Translations under genes and position numbers: made by a program
Assembly: GCA_963793425.1 (NCBI GenBank)
Contig: CAWCAG010000007.1
Span: 576,001-640,000 of the forward strand
DNA length: 64,000 bases
From: an uncultured cyanobacterium
Lineage (GTDB): Bacteria > Cyanobacteriota > Cyanobacteriia > Cyanobacteriales > CAWCAG01
Reading direction: 5' to 3'
Shown here: in pieces, positions 45,693-56,266 of the stretch
How the letters are laid out: the number at the start of each line of letters is the position of its first letter
Position numbering within the stretch: position 1 is the first letter of the stretch
Notes under the pieces: generated by a model
Databases searched by the model: none
What the model was told of the DNA's origin: nothing
What the model saw: only the letters and a program-made list of their open reading frames with translations

Positions 45693-47906
45693 TCAACGAT
45701 AAATTGTTTCTGCGGGAACCTCTTTTTCTCGCTCCTCAGATGTGTCATAATCAACATTTACTTCTGCCAACTCTTTTCTTCGTTCAGTTGTAGGAGGAGT
45801 TTGAGTAAGAGGAACATCTTGCTCAATATCATTGATTACCACTCCTAAAAGAGGCAATTCTGCTTCTGTCAGTTGATCAAGAGCTTCACTGAGTATACTT
45901 CCTTTCGTTTCCCCTGGACGAGCAACTATGATTATGCCGTCGGTTAAGGGTTGTAAAAGTAAAGCATCGTTGCAACTAGCGAGGGAAGGAGTGTCCAAAA
46001 CAATAAAATCAAAGCGCCCTTTCACCTCTTTTAAGAGTTGCTGTAATTCGCTAGATTCAATAATCGCTGCTGCCCGTTTTTGCTTACCAGGGCTAGGAAC
46101 GATATATAAATTTTCTACCTCTGGAACCAGGCGAATACAATCACTCCGGGAATTATAATAGCTGAGGGGTTCTAAACGAGCTTCTGGGTCAGGGGTGAGA
46201 TTAAGGTCTTTGGCTGCTGAACCGGAGCGCAAATCTGCCTCTATTAATAGGGTACGCTGACCAGCACAAGCTGAAGCGATCGCTAAATTATAAGCTGTAG
46301 TAGTTTTTCCTTCTGTTCCTAAAGTGCTAGTTACTAGTACCATCTTATGGGAAGGGGTAGCAAGACGGCGGAGCTTGCTCCGCAACCGTTCGTAGAAAGG
46401 GAGATAGGGAGAATCAAGCTCTTGTAAGATCGCTGTTTCTTCTTGTTCAGGAGCAAAGCTATAAATATAAGGAATTTCTCCTAACAGAGGAACATCTTGT
46501 TCTATAAGTTTTTCGCGAATTTCTTCTGGGGTATGTAATCGAGGATCTAAGGTGGCTAACAAGAAGATCACTCCAGCCCCAGCTAAGATACCGATTACAC
46601 CACCAGCCGCTATAACTAGGGGGGTGCTAAGGGGTTCTTTTACTTCTCCTGCTTTAGCTGCTGGAAGTTCGGCAATAGTTAAGCTAGCTGTTGTTTCTAC
46701 TTCTGCCGCTTGAGCATCCACTAAAGCAGTTTTAATTTGGGAATAAAAGGTTTGTTTGAGAGCAACTTCTTGCTGCAAACGTTGTTGCTGCATCTGCTTG
46801 TTAGGGAACTGCTCGTATTCTTGACGGAGTTCTTTTCTGATTCTGATCAGGGTTTCAATTTCTTTTTCTAAGGTATCCCTTTGGGTATCTAAGGCAACCA
46901 GTTGATTTGCTAGCTGCTGTCTGGCAGGATCTAAGCTACTCTTAATCCTCAACGCTTCTAAAGGTAAGGTAAAAACTCTGTCATTGCCGACAACATCCCT
47001 AGCTCTTTGTCGTAAAAACTTCTCGCTAATGACAAGTTGTTCCTGTAATTGCGCGAGGGGAGGATAGCTAGGAAGATAGTTTTCTTCTAAGACTTGGATT
47101 TGTCTTTCTAAATCTAAGATCGTTGCTTGAGCGCTAGCCACAATGGGATCAGCACTTAATGCTGCATTATCTTTCGCCTCGGCTGCGCTCATCTCTAGCT
47201 TACTCTCAATACTGCTCATTTGCGCTTTAACGGCTTCTAAAGCTAATTCTTTCTCCTCTTGTTGTTTTTGGGAGCCAGTAATTCTCCCTACCAAAGAACC
47301 ATCTAAAGCTGCCAAGATTTGAGAACCTTCTTTACGAATATAACTGTCAAGATTTTCTTCTGCTTGATCTAATTCTCTTTCTGCTTCTGGCAAACGCTCC
47401 CTAATAGCCTCAATCTTAGCTGTCAGTTGAGCTTCGTTAAGGTCTTCGCTATGCTCTACCATAGACTCCATCAAGACTGTCGCAACAGCTTGAGCCTTCT
47501 CTTTATCGTCGCTGGTATAACCGACAACAATTAAAGGTTGATTGTTTTTCTCATCAGGTAAAGCAATCTTGGTATTATCAACTATGTCTTGGACTAGCTG
47601 TTGAGCTTCTTCATTTTCAGGCTCAAGTTTGAACTTGGTAAGAACTTTTTCCAGTACTCCTTGAGACAGCAACATTTTTTCGTTGACAGAGCGTCCCTGT
47701 TCCTGAATTTGCTGTCCAGTTTGAGTAAAAATAGGAGGAGGAGTTTCAAAAGCCAGACTCCCTACAGCAAGAAAACTCTTGGCAGGAGGTTTTTGGATCA
47801 TCGCAAAGACTCCTGAACCACCAAGAACTAATAAAAAAATAAATAAACCAATAAATTTATTCTGGTTTAGGGAGATTACAAAACGTTTGACAATAGGGGG
47901 AGCCAT
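45693..47906 (-). CDS. Wzc/GumC-like polysaccharide co-polymerase/tyrosine kinase
   Basis: Two TMs flanking a coiled coil, Walker A GTEGKTT, EADLR, VLDTP. Confidence 0.9.
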   Translation of the reverse strand: MAPPIVKRFVISLNQNKFIGLFIFLLVLGGSGVFAMIQKPPAKSFLAVGSLAFETPPPIFTQTGQQIQEQGRSVNEKMLLSQGVLEKVLTKFKLEPENEEAQQLVQDIVDNTKIALPDEKNNQPLIVVGYTSDDKEKAQAVATVLMESMVEHSEDLNEAQLTAKIEAIRERLPEAERELDQAEENLDSYIRKEGSQILAALDGSLVGRITGSQKQQEEKELALEAVKAQMSSIESKLEMSAAEAKDNAALSADPIVASAQATILDLERQIQVLEENYLPSYPPLAQLQEQLVISEKFLRQRARDVVGNDRVFTLPLEALRIKSSLDPARQQLANQLVALDTQRDTLEKEIETLIRIRKELRQEYEQFPNKQMQQQRLQQEVALKQTFYSQIKTALVDAQAAEVETTASLTIAELPAAKAGEVKEPLSTPLVIAAGGVIGILAGAGVIFLLATLDPRLHTPEEIREKLIEQDVPLLGEIPYIYSFAPEQEETAILQELDSPYLPFYERLRSKLRRLATPSHKMVLVTSTLGTEGKTTTAYNLAIASACAGQRTLLIEADLRSGSAAKDLNLTPDPEARLEPLSYYNSRSDCIRLVPEVENLYIVPSPGKQKRAAAIIESSELQQLLKEVKGRFDFIVLDTPSLASCNDALLLQPLTDGIIIVARPGETKGSILSEALDQLTEAELPLLGVVINDIEQDVPLTQTPPTTERRKELAEVNVDYDTSEEREKEVPAETIYR

Positions 47907-47983
47907 GGCTACGGAAAAGGATTTTGGAGATGCTTACTTGTTAAAAGTAGTAAAGCTAGACTTACGTTCTATCTTAGGTTAAT

Positions 47984-49174
47984 TTATCTGGGGTTGTTAG
48001 GGGCAAATAAGTTATCTGCACTTTCTGCAAGAGAATCAAAGAAAAGCAAGAAGCCGAGAATATCTCGGAATGGTTGAGTAAAGACATTGAGAGCATTAGT
48101 AACTTTAGCAACTAAAGTGCGACCAACCACGATAACATCATTATCTTGTAAAGGAACATCTTGAGAAATATCTCCAAAAAGAGCTGCTCTACCATTGAGA
48201 ACTTGAGTAACAGCTTTACCTTGTTCTTGATCAAATCTAATTAAGGCAATTTCATTAACGTTAGCCTGGGTGATGTTACTAGCCACAGAACTTAAAGCAT
48301 CAAGGAATGTACTACCATTTGCTAAGGATATAGTACCAATACCATTATTAGGATAGCTAAGGACTCTAATGGTAATTTGCGGTTGAGCTAAATTAGAACG
48401 AGCAACTAAGGTACTATCGTAGCCTTGGTCTTGACCTAGTTCTATTCTCGAAACAATCACCGCATCCCCATCTTGCAAGCGTACATTTGGTAAAGGCATT
48501 CCATTTTGTAAAGGCGTAAATAAATCTACTTGACATTCAATGACCGAGCCATCTGTGGGGAGGATACGGCGTACAATAATAGAACGGAGATCCGCTAATC
48601 CTGTACTGCCACCAGCAGCAGTTATAACTGTGGCTAGTTGGCTGCCTGTACCGAGGGGATAATAACCCGGTCTAACTATTTCTCCGCCAACAGTAATTTC
48701 TGCTGGACGCAACCCTGCTAAGGAAACAATAACTTCGGTTTCTTTAACTAAAAAGCGCCTTAGTTCTGCGGCAATTCGGTTTTGGGTTTCGTTTAAAGTT
48801 AAACCGAGCAAAGGAACTTTGCCAATTATGGGTAAGAGAACATTGCCCTCTAAATCTAAGGTTCCGCCACCACTAAATTCAGGAAAAAAAGGAACTGTTA
48901 CGTTAACACTATCACTAATACCAAGGCGATAAATACCTATGCTACGGTCTTGCTCACAGGAGCGAGGAGAATAGTCAGCAGGGGGTAGAAGCTCTTGTCC
49001 TTCTGTACCAAAAGTTGTGGGAGGTTGTTCTGGGATGAATTCGCCTATAGGTCTTGAAGGAGTCTCTATTGAAGGGACAGGAATAGTTTGCCCCAGTCCT
49101 ATATCTGCCCAGGTAACCACCATGGCACTAGAAACAAAAAGAGTGCAAATTCGTTTTTTTTGAGCGCTGACCAT
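47984..49174 (-). CDS. Wza-like polysaccharide export protein (SLBB)
   Basis: YRLGISD, LPIIGKV, RPGYY, AAGG, LQDGD/LQDND. Confidence 0.9.
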   Translation of the reverse strand: MVSAQKKRICTLFVSSAMVVTWADIGLGQTIPVPSIETPSRPIGEFIPEQPPTTFGTEGQELLPPADYSPRSCEQDRSIGIYRLGISDSVNVTVPFFPEFSGGGTLDLEGNVLLPIIGKVPLLGLTLNETQNRIAAELRRFLVKETEVIVSLAGLRPAEITVGGEIVRPGYYPLGTGSQLATVITAAGGSTGLADLRSIIVRRILPTDGSVIECQVDLFTPLQNGMPLPNVRLQDGDAVIVSRIELGQDQGYDSTLVARSNLAQPQITIRVLSYPNNGIGTISLANGSTFLDALSSVASNITQANVNEIALIRFDQEQGKAVTQVLNGRAALFGDISQDVPLQDNDVIVVGRTLVAKVTNALNVFTQPFRDILGFLLFFDSLAESADNLFAPNNPR

Positions 49175-49185
49175 TTTTTAGTTCT

Positions 49186-49929
49186 TTAAGTTTTTGACTG
49201 AGAAAAAGCATCTTTCAGTAAGGTGGATTGCACAGCTTCAGCAAGAGATCGGGCTTCGGGTTCAATATCTTTTAAGTCCCCAAATGGTTTCATAGGCATT
49301 TGCAGACAAACAGCAATCCAAGGAATTCTTTCTCCTTTAAGTTGTGCTATTTGATCAGCCCAAAACCAGCTTGATGGGTAAGGATCACCTCCTTGAGGAA
49401 AAGCGTACCACTGCACTACTGCCCAAGTTTGAGTTTCTGTCCAAGCCCGAAAAAAAAGTGCTTTAACATCTACATTTTTATCTATACTAAATTTCATTTT
49501 TTCGTGGGAGTCAGTTTGCCAAATCTGTATACCTCTAATATCTACCCAGTCAACTTCAGGTTTGGATTTATGATCATTTAGGGGACGGAGCAATAAATTA
49601 ACTGGTTTATCTTGACCTTTTTTGATGATCTGAACCGACCATTTGTTCCCACCAATTTGAACTTCTTCTTGTTCAAGATTTTGCCACTCTGGTATTTCTA
49701 TTGGTTTTTCGCGGACACTTTTGATTTGGCTAAGATTAGTTACTGGGATCGGTTCTTGCCAAGACCATTGCCAAGAAAAGTAACCAGGAAGAGCCTTAAA
49801 TGCCACCAGAATTAGTAACAACAATACAGGAGCAAATTTTAGAACTGATTTTAGTGAAGAGTTTTTTTTCTTAACTACTGAATCACCCAAGGGACTTTGC
49901 TCATTTTTATAAGGTTTGCTTTCAGGCAT
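49186..49929 (-). CDS. cyanoexosortase B system-associated protein
   Basis: Directly downstream of the exosortase; PEVDWVD, AVVQWYAFPQGG…WFWADQ. Confidence 0.85.
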   Translation of the reverse strand: MPESKPYKNEQSPLGDSVVKKKNSSLKSVLKFAPVLLLLILVAFKALPGYFSWQWSWQEPIPVTNLSQIKSVREKPIEIPEWQNLEQEEVQIGGNKWSVQIIKKGQDKPVNLLLRPLNDHKSKPEVDWVDIRGIQIWQTDSHEKMKFSIDKNVDVKALFFRAWTETQTWAVVQWYAFPQGGDPYPSSWFWADQIAQLKGERIPWIAVCLQMPMKPFGDLKDIEPEARSLAEAVQSTLLKDAFSQSKT

Positions 49930-49965
49930 GAATATTAAATAAGAAATTATCTGTTGATACTTAAA

Positions 49966-50874
49966 TTACTCTTCAGTAGCATTTTCGTAAACTTCTTCTT
50001 CTTCATAATCATAATCAGGGAACCATTTTTCTATCAAGTTAAGTAGTAAGACAATCAAACCTAACATAACAGCAGAATAGACATCTCCACCCCAACTTTC
50101 ATGAACAAAATGAAAGCCTGCTTCATTACCTGTACCGTGTAAAAAACTGAGAATAGTATTGCGGAGAATGTTAGCAGCGACACTGATAATAACGGCTCCT
50201 GAAAGTAACCAGATGATTTTCCTGCGTGATTCAATTGCCCCAGTCCAATAAAGCAACATTAGTGATACATATAAGCTGGTAAATAACATTTTTAAACCAG
50301 CACAATAGGGGGCTACTTCTACTAAACGTCCTCCTAAAAATAAGTAAATCTCTTTCACAGTGACCTCCATACCCAGTTGAATGAGAAAGAATCCTGCTGT
50401 CCCTGCAATAAACTTTTGCAAGGGCATAGTGTAAGGAGTAATTAAATAGGGAATAGAGTTAGGAGTTGCGAGTAAAACTAATAGCCAAGGAAAAAATTGT
50501 AATTTAAAACCAGGAATACCTTTTAACCATAAGCAAAGTCCAGCGAGAATAATGGGAAAAGAGAGGTTAACAAAGTCGCTAACTCCTGTTAAATAAAAAG
50601 CGGCCCCCAAACCAAGTAAAACACCGCCGAGGGGATGAGATTTATTTTTTAATTGCGCCCATTTTTCTCTTTGTGACCAAGCAATATAAGCAGCAAAGGG
50701 AAAGCCTAGTAAGCCATGACTAAAATATTCGTGTTCAATGCCGATACTTTTAAATAGCCAGCCATCACACCAATAAACAATTAAAGGGCCGTAGAGAACG
50801 GCCAAAAGAGCAAAAATTGACCAATACAGAAATTGCGGTTGAAGCAATAAAGAGGTTTTACTTTTAAGTTGCAT
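49966..50874 (-). CDS. crtB: cyanoexosortase B (not phytoene synthase)
   Basis: EHEYFSHG, VEVAPYCAGL (Cys), NILR (Arg), FVH (His) catalytic triad. Confidence 0.9.
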   Translation of the reverse strand: MQLKSKTSLLLQPQFLYWSIFALLAVLYGPLIVYWCDGWLFKSIGIEHEYFSHGLLGFPFAAYIAWSQREKWAQLKNKSHPLGGVLLGLGAAFYLTGVSDFVNLSFPIILAGLCLWLKGIPGFKLQFFPWLLVLLATPNSIPYLITPYTMPLQKFIAGTAGFFLIQLGMEVTVKEIYLFLGGRLVEVAPYCAGLKMLFTSLYVSLMLLYWTGAIESRRKIIWLLSGAVIISVAANILRNTILSFLHGTGNEAGFHFVHESWGGDVYSAVMLGLIVLLLNLIEKWFPDYDYEEEEVYENATEE

Positions 50875-50895
50875 ATTATTTAGAGTTAATTTAAG

Positions 50896-52080
50896 TTATC
50901 TTTCCCCAGTCACTAATCCTGGTTTACCAATAAGAATTGTCTGCAAAGTTTCGACTACTTCTTGAACTTGAAGATCTTTAATACCTGGATACATAGGTAA
51001 AGAGAGAATTTCTGTTGCTAAAATCTCGGCATGAGGAAAGTCCCCTTCTTTATAGCCCAAATATTCGTAGGCTGGTTGCAAATGACAAGGAGTTGGATAG
51101 TGAATACCTGTTTGTATGCCCTGGCTGGTTAAAGATTCTTGAATTTGCTGGCGAGATGAGGGACAAGATTCTGTAACCTTAACCACATAAAGATGATAAA
51201 TATGCCCGGTATCGCTTTGATTTTGGATTGGGACTATGCCAGGAAGTTGTAATTCTTTGATGTATGTGTCGTATAGTTTCCCTGCTTTGCTGCGGGCTTG
51301 ATTCCATTGTTGAAGGAAAGGCAGTTTAAGGTTGAGAATGTTAGCTTGTAAAGTATCTAAACGACTATTCCTACCCGGTTCAGTATGGAAATATTTGCGA
51401 CAAGCCCCATAATTTCTTAAAGCCCTGGCTTTCGCTGCTACTGTTGCATCGGAAGTTAGTAGCATTCCAGCATCTCCAAATGCTCCCAAATTTTTGCTAG
51501 GGTAAAAACTAAAAGCCGCCCCTTTACCAATAGACCCAGCTTTGTAGCCTTCTTTCTTGGCTAAATGGGCCTGGGCCGCATCTTCAAAAATAATGAGGTT
51601 ATGGGTTTGGGCAAAGTTTAATAATTGCTGAGGGGAAACCATTTGCCCATAAAGATGTACTGGTACAATTGCTTTGGTTTTTGGGGTAACAGCTTCTGCT
51701 GCCGCAGTTAAATCAATTAAAGCTGTATCGCGATCGCAATCTACCATTACTGGGGTAGCACCTGTTTGGACAATACCGATTAAGGTAGCAACAAAAGTAT
51801 TGGCCGGTAAAATCACTTCATCCCCAGCCCCAATACCACAAGCTTCTAAACCTAAAGCGATTCCATCTGTACCACAGGCGACTCCTACTCCATATTCAGC
51901 CCCAGAAGCTTTACTGAAAGCTGCTTCAAAGTTAGCTACCCCTTGCCCTAAAACAAAATCTCCTCGTTGGAGGACAGCTTTAAATGCTTCTTCTAATTGG
52001 GCTTGAATCGGTTCATGTTGCGGGGCAAGATCAACAAAAGGAATCTTTACAGGGATAGCAGCCATAAGCATTGTCTCCAA
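50896..52080 (-). CDS. DegT/DnrJ/EryC1/StrS aminotransferase
   Basis: PVHLYG, EDAAQAH, SFYPSKNLGAFGD. Confidence 0.95.
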   Translation of the reverse strand: METMLMAAIPVKIPFVDLAPQHEPIQAQLEEAFKAVLQRGDFVLGQGVANFEAAFSKASGAEYGVGVACGTDGIALGLEACGIGAGDEVILPANTFVATLIGIVQTGATPVMVDCDRDTALIDLTAAAEAVTPKTKAIVPVHLYGQMVSPQQLLNFAQTHNLIIFEDAAQAHLAKKEGYKAGSIGKGAAFSFYPSKNLGAFGDAGMLLTSDATVAAKARALRNYGACRKYFHTEPGRNSRLDTLQANILNLKLPFLQQWNQARSKAGKLYDTYIKELQLPGIVPIQNQSDTGHIYHLYVVKVTESCPSSRQQIQESLTSQGIQTGIHYPTPCHLQPAYEYLGYKEGDFPHAEILATEILSLPMYPGIKDLQVQEVVETLQTILIGKPGLVTGER

Positions 52081-52337
52081 TAAGATTAATAGCCGTCCCC
52101 TCTACCTTAAGACTGAAAACCAACTCAAACCTATAAAAGATTAGTTGGTAAAGGGACTATTACACATCTTATTTATGGCTTATCTTACCCGTTGCTGAAA
52201 ACCCCAATAGCTGAAAAATTGATAAATTTAACTGTTGTTTCTTTTTCGCAAAGATAAGATTTGATAATGATAGCTTATCAAATCTAGGAATTTAAAGTTC
52301 AAAAGGGTAATACCGTTGAGGTAGATTAGGAAAACGG

Positions 52338-53009
52338 TTATAAAAGTATCTCTTCTCCTTGTTCTGTGAAAACCACCTTTTGAACATTCCATCGAGGATT
52401 ATCCACAAGGGTTTTTTCCAAGCTACCGAAGAGGGCAAACTTTTCACAACTAGATAAAGCAGCAAAAGGCCTTTTACTATCAGGAGAACGGCGCAAATCT
52501 ATTGTGGCAACTTGACTTTGAGGATCAATATTAACCCGATAACCAGCGACAGCAAAATCACTACCAGTCATTTTATCAATCACTTGCCCCACAGCCGTTT
52601 CAACCGGACTATCATCTTCTGAAAAAGATATTTCTTGAGCCACTAAACTATTACATTGATTATCCGCTATATAAATAGTTAGAGGGGCTTTGTCATCACT
52701 TTTAGCATTTGCATCTAGAGATTGACTAGGGACTTGAGAAGGTGAAGAGGAAGGGGAAGGGGAAGGAGAAGGAGTAACTTTCTTGGGAACAGTAGGTAAA
52801 CTATCCAAATCAAAGGGAGAAGGTTGACTTTCCTGGGGAGTTTGCACCTCAGAAGTTTTAGGATCATTCTCTTTGCCATTAGGGGCTGTGGAGATAGAGG
52901 AATGATCGCGGTTCAAACCTAAAAACAGACCCAAACCACCTAAACCAAGAAGAATACCAGTAAATATAGGGATCAGACGCTTATCAATAGTTTTCATGAT
53001 CTTGCCCAA
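52338..53009 (-). CDS. GerMN-like (sporulation/germination domain) membrane-anchored protein
   Basis: TM, Pro/Ser linker, ATIDLR…LSSCEKFALFGSLEKTL. Confidence 0.75.
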   Translation of the reverse strand: MGKIMKTIDKRLIPIFTGILLGLGGLGLFLGLNRDHSSISTAPNGKENDPKTSEVQTPQESQPSPFDLDSLPTVPKKVTPSPSPSPSSSPSQVPSQSLDANAKSDDKAPLTIYIADNQCNSLVAQEISFSEDDSPVETAVGQVIDKMTGSDFAVAGYRVNIDPQSQVATIDLRRSPDSKRPFAALSSCEKFALFGSLEKTLVDNPRWNVQKVVFTEQGEEILL

Positions 53010-53280
53010 AACGATTAAAAATTATCTTTGCTATGTAATCGTTTTTCAGGCTAGAAACCTATTTCTCCGGATCGATTAATAACCTTCATTCCGCTCCGCC
53101 CTAGCCCTACCGACTTTTACCTCCTTTTCTTCTCAAAGCATTGCCAACCGCTAGACATTTCTAAGAATAGTTGCAAAAAACAATTACCCGCAAATAAATA
53201 GTTACAATCATAAAAGGGATATTAATTTATCTACACTCGTAGTTTATTCATCAACTAAAGCTTACAAGTCTCAAATATTT

Positions 53281-53472
53281 ATGGAACCTGGCAGTCCGTC
53301 TAGCAACTCTTCTGAACCTCCTAATTATCGGTGGGCAGACATCATAGGTGCTTTTATAGCTCTAATTACTATCGCTGTACCTACATTAGTCATTGCATAC
53401 TACTCCTCAAATGCAACCGTAGAAATTTTACCGCAGGCGAGTTACTCCCCATCGGCAATAAGTAGGAACTAG
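53281..53472 (+). CDS. small membrane protein
   Basis: 63 aa, ADIIGAFIALIT…VIAYYS. Confidence 0.7.
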   Translation: MEPGSPSSNSSEPPNYRWADIIGAFIALITIAVPTLVIAYYSSNATVEILPQASYSPSAISRN

Positions 53473-53663
53473 GTAATTGATCAAGGCTAGAGTACTCTGA
53501 CCCCAATCTAGACAAGAAAGATTCAGGATCAATCATCAAAGCAAAGCATTTAGTGGCTCATTTGCGGTTGCGATATTTCCTCGTGCAACCCTTTTCTATT
53601 AATATGGGCTAGTGTGCTTTTTAGCGCTGTATTGTATCGTATTGCTTTTTCGGAGTTTCCAGA

Positions 53664-54173
53664 GTGGACTTATCGCGTATTCCGGCTCAACCTGAACCTG
53701 GTTTAATAAATGTCTTAATTGAAATCCCTGCTGGGAGTAAAAACAAATACGAGTTTGACAAGGATCTCAATGCCTTCGCCCTCGACAGAGTTCTTTACTC
53801 TTCAGTACAATATCCTTACGACTATGGATTTATTCCCAATACCCTAGCCGATGATGGTGATCCCCTCGACGGCATGGTACTGATGGATCAGCCAACTTTT
53901 CCTGGTTGCGTCATTCCAGCTAGACCGATTGGGATGCTAGAAATGATTGACGGCGGCGATCGCGACGAGAAAATTCTTTGTGTACCTGATCAAGACCCTC
54001 GTTATACTCAAGTTAAATCTCTTGAAGATGTCGCTCAACATCGCTTAGACGAAATAGCAGAGTTCTTTCGTACTTACAAAAACCTAGAAAAGAAGGTCAC
54101 AGAAATTTTAGGTTGGCAAAATATTGATCGAGTTACTCCTCTAGTCAAACAATGTATACAAGCCTTCGGCTAA
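53664..54173 (+). CDS. ppa: inorganic pyrophosphatase
   Basis: KNKYE, YPYDYG, DDGDPLD, DEK; GTG start with GGAG RBS. Confidence 0.97.
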   Translation: MDLSRIPAQPEPGLINVLIEIPAGSKNKYEFDKDLNAFALDRVLYSSVQYPYDYGFIPNTLADDGDPLDGMVLMDQPTFPGCVIPARPIGMLEMIDGGDRDEKILCVPDQDPRYTQVKSLEDVAQHRLDEIAEFFRTYKNLEKKVTEILGWQNIDRVTPLVKQCIQAFG

Positions 54174-54212
54174 GTGATTTTTCTTGGGAGAAAATCTTGA
54201 TTAACCCAAGTT

Positions 54213-54228
54213 TGTGATGTAACTCACA
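54213..54228. promoter_or_regulatory. CRP-type binding site
   Basis: Perfect TGTGA-tgtaac-TCACA in the intergenic region upstream of 54559. Confidence 0.7.
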
Positions 54229-54558
54229 AGCTAGCTTTATCAACAACGCTAAGATAAAATTCACAAACTAGGTTTTGTAATAGCGCTAAAATCATTAAAT
54301 AAGCTAAAACTTCCTGACCAACTTAAGGGTGCTAGTAAATCAAAATTAGGGAAATCTATTTGATAAAAGCCAAATACCTTGGCAATTCATTTCAAAGCGC
54401 TACTATTTTTGTTATGGGTCGTAGGTAACTTTCAACAAGAGAAACTATGTACCCTTGCCTGTCGAGTATTCTTGACTCCAAGCAGGTAGCTTTTAATTAG
54501 GTCAAAGTAAACGCTTTGCAATTCAGCTGCTAACTAAACGGCTAACTTAAGCAAAAAA

Positions 54559-55440
54559 ATGGCAGAACTAGAGCCAGCAGCAACAAAATCACAACCACCC
54601 AAAACAAATAATCAGCAGACAAGCTCCGACAGTGAATTTGCTGTAAAGTTTTGGGGTGTCAGAGCAAAGGTTGCTACCCCTGGGAAAAATACGATTCGCT
54701 ATGGTGGTAATACTGCTTGTATAACAATGCAAGCGGGAGAGACTTTTCTGATTTTTGATAGCGGTACAGGAGTACGCAAGCTAGGTAATAGTCTCCTATC
54801 TCAAATGCCAGTCAAAGCTTATATGTTCTTCACTCACTGTCATTGGGATCGAATTCAAGGTTTTCCCTTTTTTGTACCTGCATTTATTCCTGGTAACAGT
54901 TTTCATATTTACGGAGCAATGGCTGCTAACGGTTCTTCTTTTGAAGATCGTTTACAAGAACAAATGAGCCAGCCCAATTTCCCCGTACCGATTGGGGTGA
55001 TGCAGTCAGAACTAAAGTTTTATAGCATTGATGAAGATGGTAAATATTGCTTAGGGGATATTACTGTAGAAACTATTCCCCTCAATTATGCCCATCGTTC
55101 TGTTGCTTATCGTGTTAACTGGCAAGGCCACTCTGCCGTTTGTGCTACGGATATACCTTACTCTTCAGATAATCCTAGTCCTAATTTAATTCATTTAGCC
55201 AACCAAGCAGATTTGTTGATTTTAAACGCTCCTAAGTTTTTGCCTGGTACAGAACAATCAGCTTGGCATAATTTGGTCAGTATAGCCAAGGAAACAGAAA
55301 TAAAAAAGCTAATTCTCTCGATGTATTCCCCTGAACAAAACGACGACTTGCTTGACAAAATGAAAGACAAAATTCAAAGTGTATTCCCCAATGCAGTCTT
55401 GGCTTGTGAAGGTATGAGTTTGTCCGTAATTGATTTTTAA
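54559..55440 (+). CDS. MBL-fold metallo-hydrolase-like protein with degenerate metal ligands
   Basis: FWGVR, RYGGNTAC, FDSGTG, THCHWDRIQG. Confidence 0.88.
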   Translation: MAELEPAATKSQPPKTNNQQTSSDSEFAVKFWGVRAKVATPGKNTIRYGGNTACITMQAGETFLIFDSGTGVRKLGNSLLSQMPVKAYMFFTHCHWDRIQGFPFFVPAFIPGNSFHIYGAMAANGSSFEDRLQEQMSQPNFPVPIGVMQSELKFYSIDEDGKYCLGDITVETIPLNYAHRSVAYRVNWQGHSAVCATDIPYSSDNPSPNLIHLANQADLLILNAPKFLPGTEQSAWHNLVSIAKETEIKKLILSMYSPEQNDDLLDKMKDKIQSVFPNAVLACEGMSLSVIDF

Positions 55441-55591
55441 AACTGAGAATTATTGTTTTTTTGTGTCCCTCTTACAAAGTTATACATACCACAGCCAAGT
55501 TATTCATAAATAAAACGTGATCGCGAACGTGATCTCAAAAACTGACTAGCGATACTAAGAATATAGAAATTAGAGCAGGTCAGAAATCATC

Positions 55592-55786
55592 ATGTATAAA
55601 AGAACCACAGGGCTAACAGAAAAACAAAAAGCTTTTTTGGTTATTTACTGTGATAGCGGAAGTATTACCAAAGCATCCCAGACTGTAGGTATACATCGCA
55701 ACACTGGCAGTCGATGGTTAAAAATGCCGAAAATGAGACGAGCAGTTGCTGATTATCTAGCGATTAGGGAACTTAAATCAGCCTAA
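55592..55786 (+). CDS. small HTH protein (phage-type)
   Basis: LTEKQKAFL…SITKASQTVGIHRNTGSRWLK. Confidence 0.7.
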   Translation: MYKRTTGLTEKQKAFLVIYCDSGSITKASQTVGIHRNTGSRWLKMPKMRRAVADYLAIRELKSA

Positions 55787-56266
55787 GTTAGGAAATGTCT
55801 AACATTTATGTACTAGGGATAATGGAAATACGCTAACAATCAATCATTACCCTAATGTTTCTCAAGACTTATGGGGTGCAATCGTTAGCACCCTTGAAAA
55901 TCAACTTTTAATTATTATTAATAAATAATCATAAGTACAAAGGCTTAATTTTTACTCATTACTTTATACAAAAAAATATTGTTTGTTTAGTAGTTTCACA
56001 GTAGCAAGTAACTGACTTTAGGTTCTATAGTGGGCTACTATCTTAATTCCATATGAAAATATGGGTACTCTGAATTAAAGACTTTCATAACAAAAAAATC
56101 AGTATCTTCTAATACTTAAAGCTTCCATAATTTAGCTAAGAGAGTCTAGCTGGACTCAAATTAAGAATAGAAAAATCCTGAAAATAGGTATAACTAGTTG
56201 GATTTTACTTTCAGGGAAGGTATTTTCCTTGCTGTAGTAAGTAGCCAATAGAGTAGGAGTCAGAGG

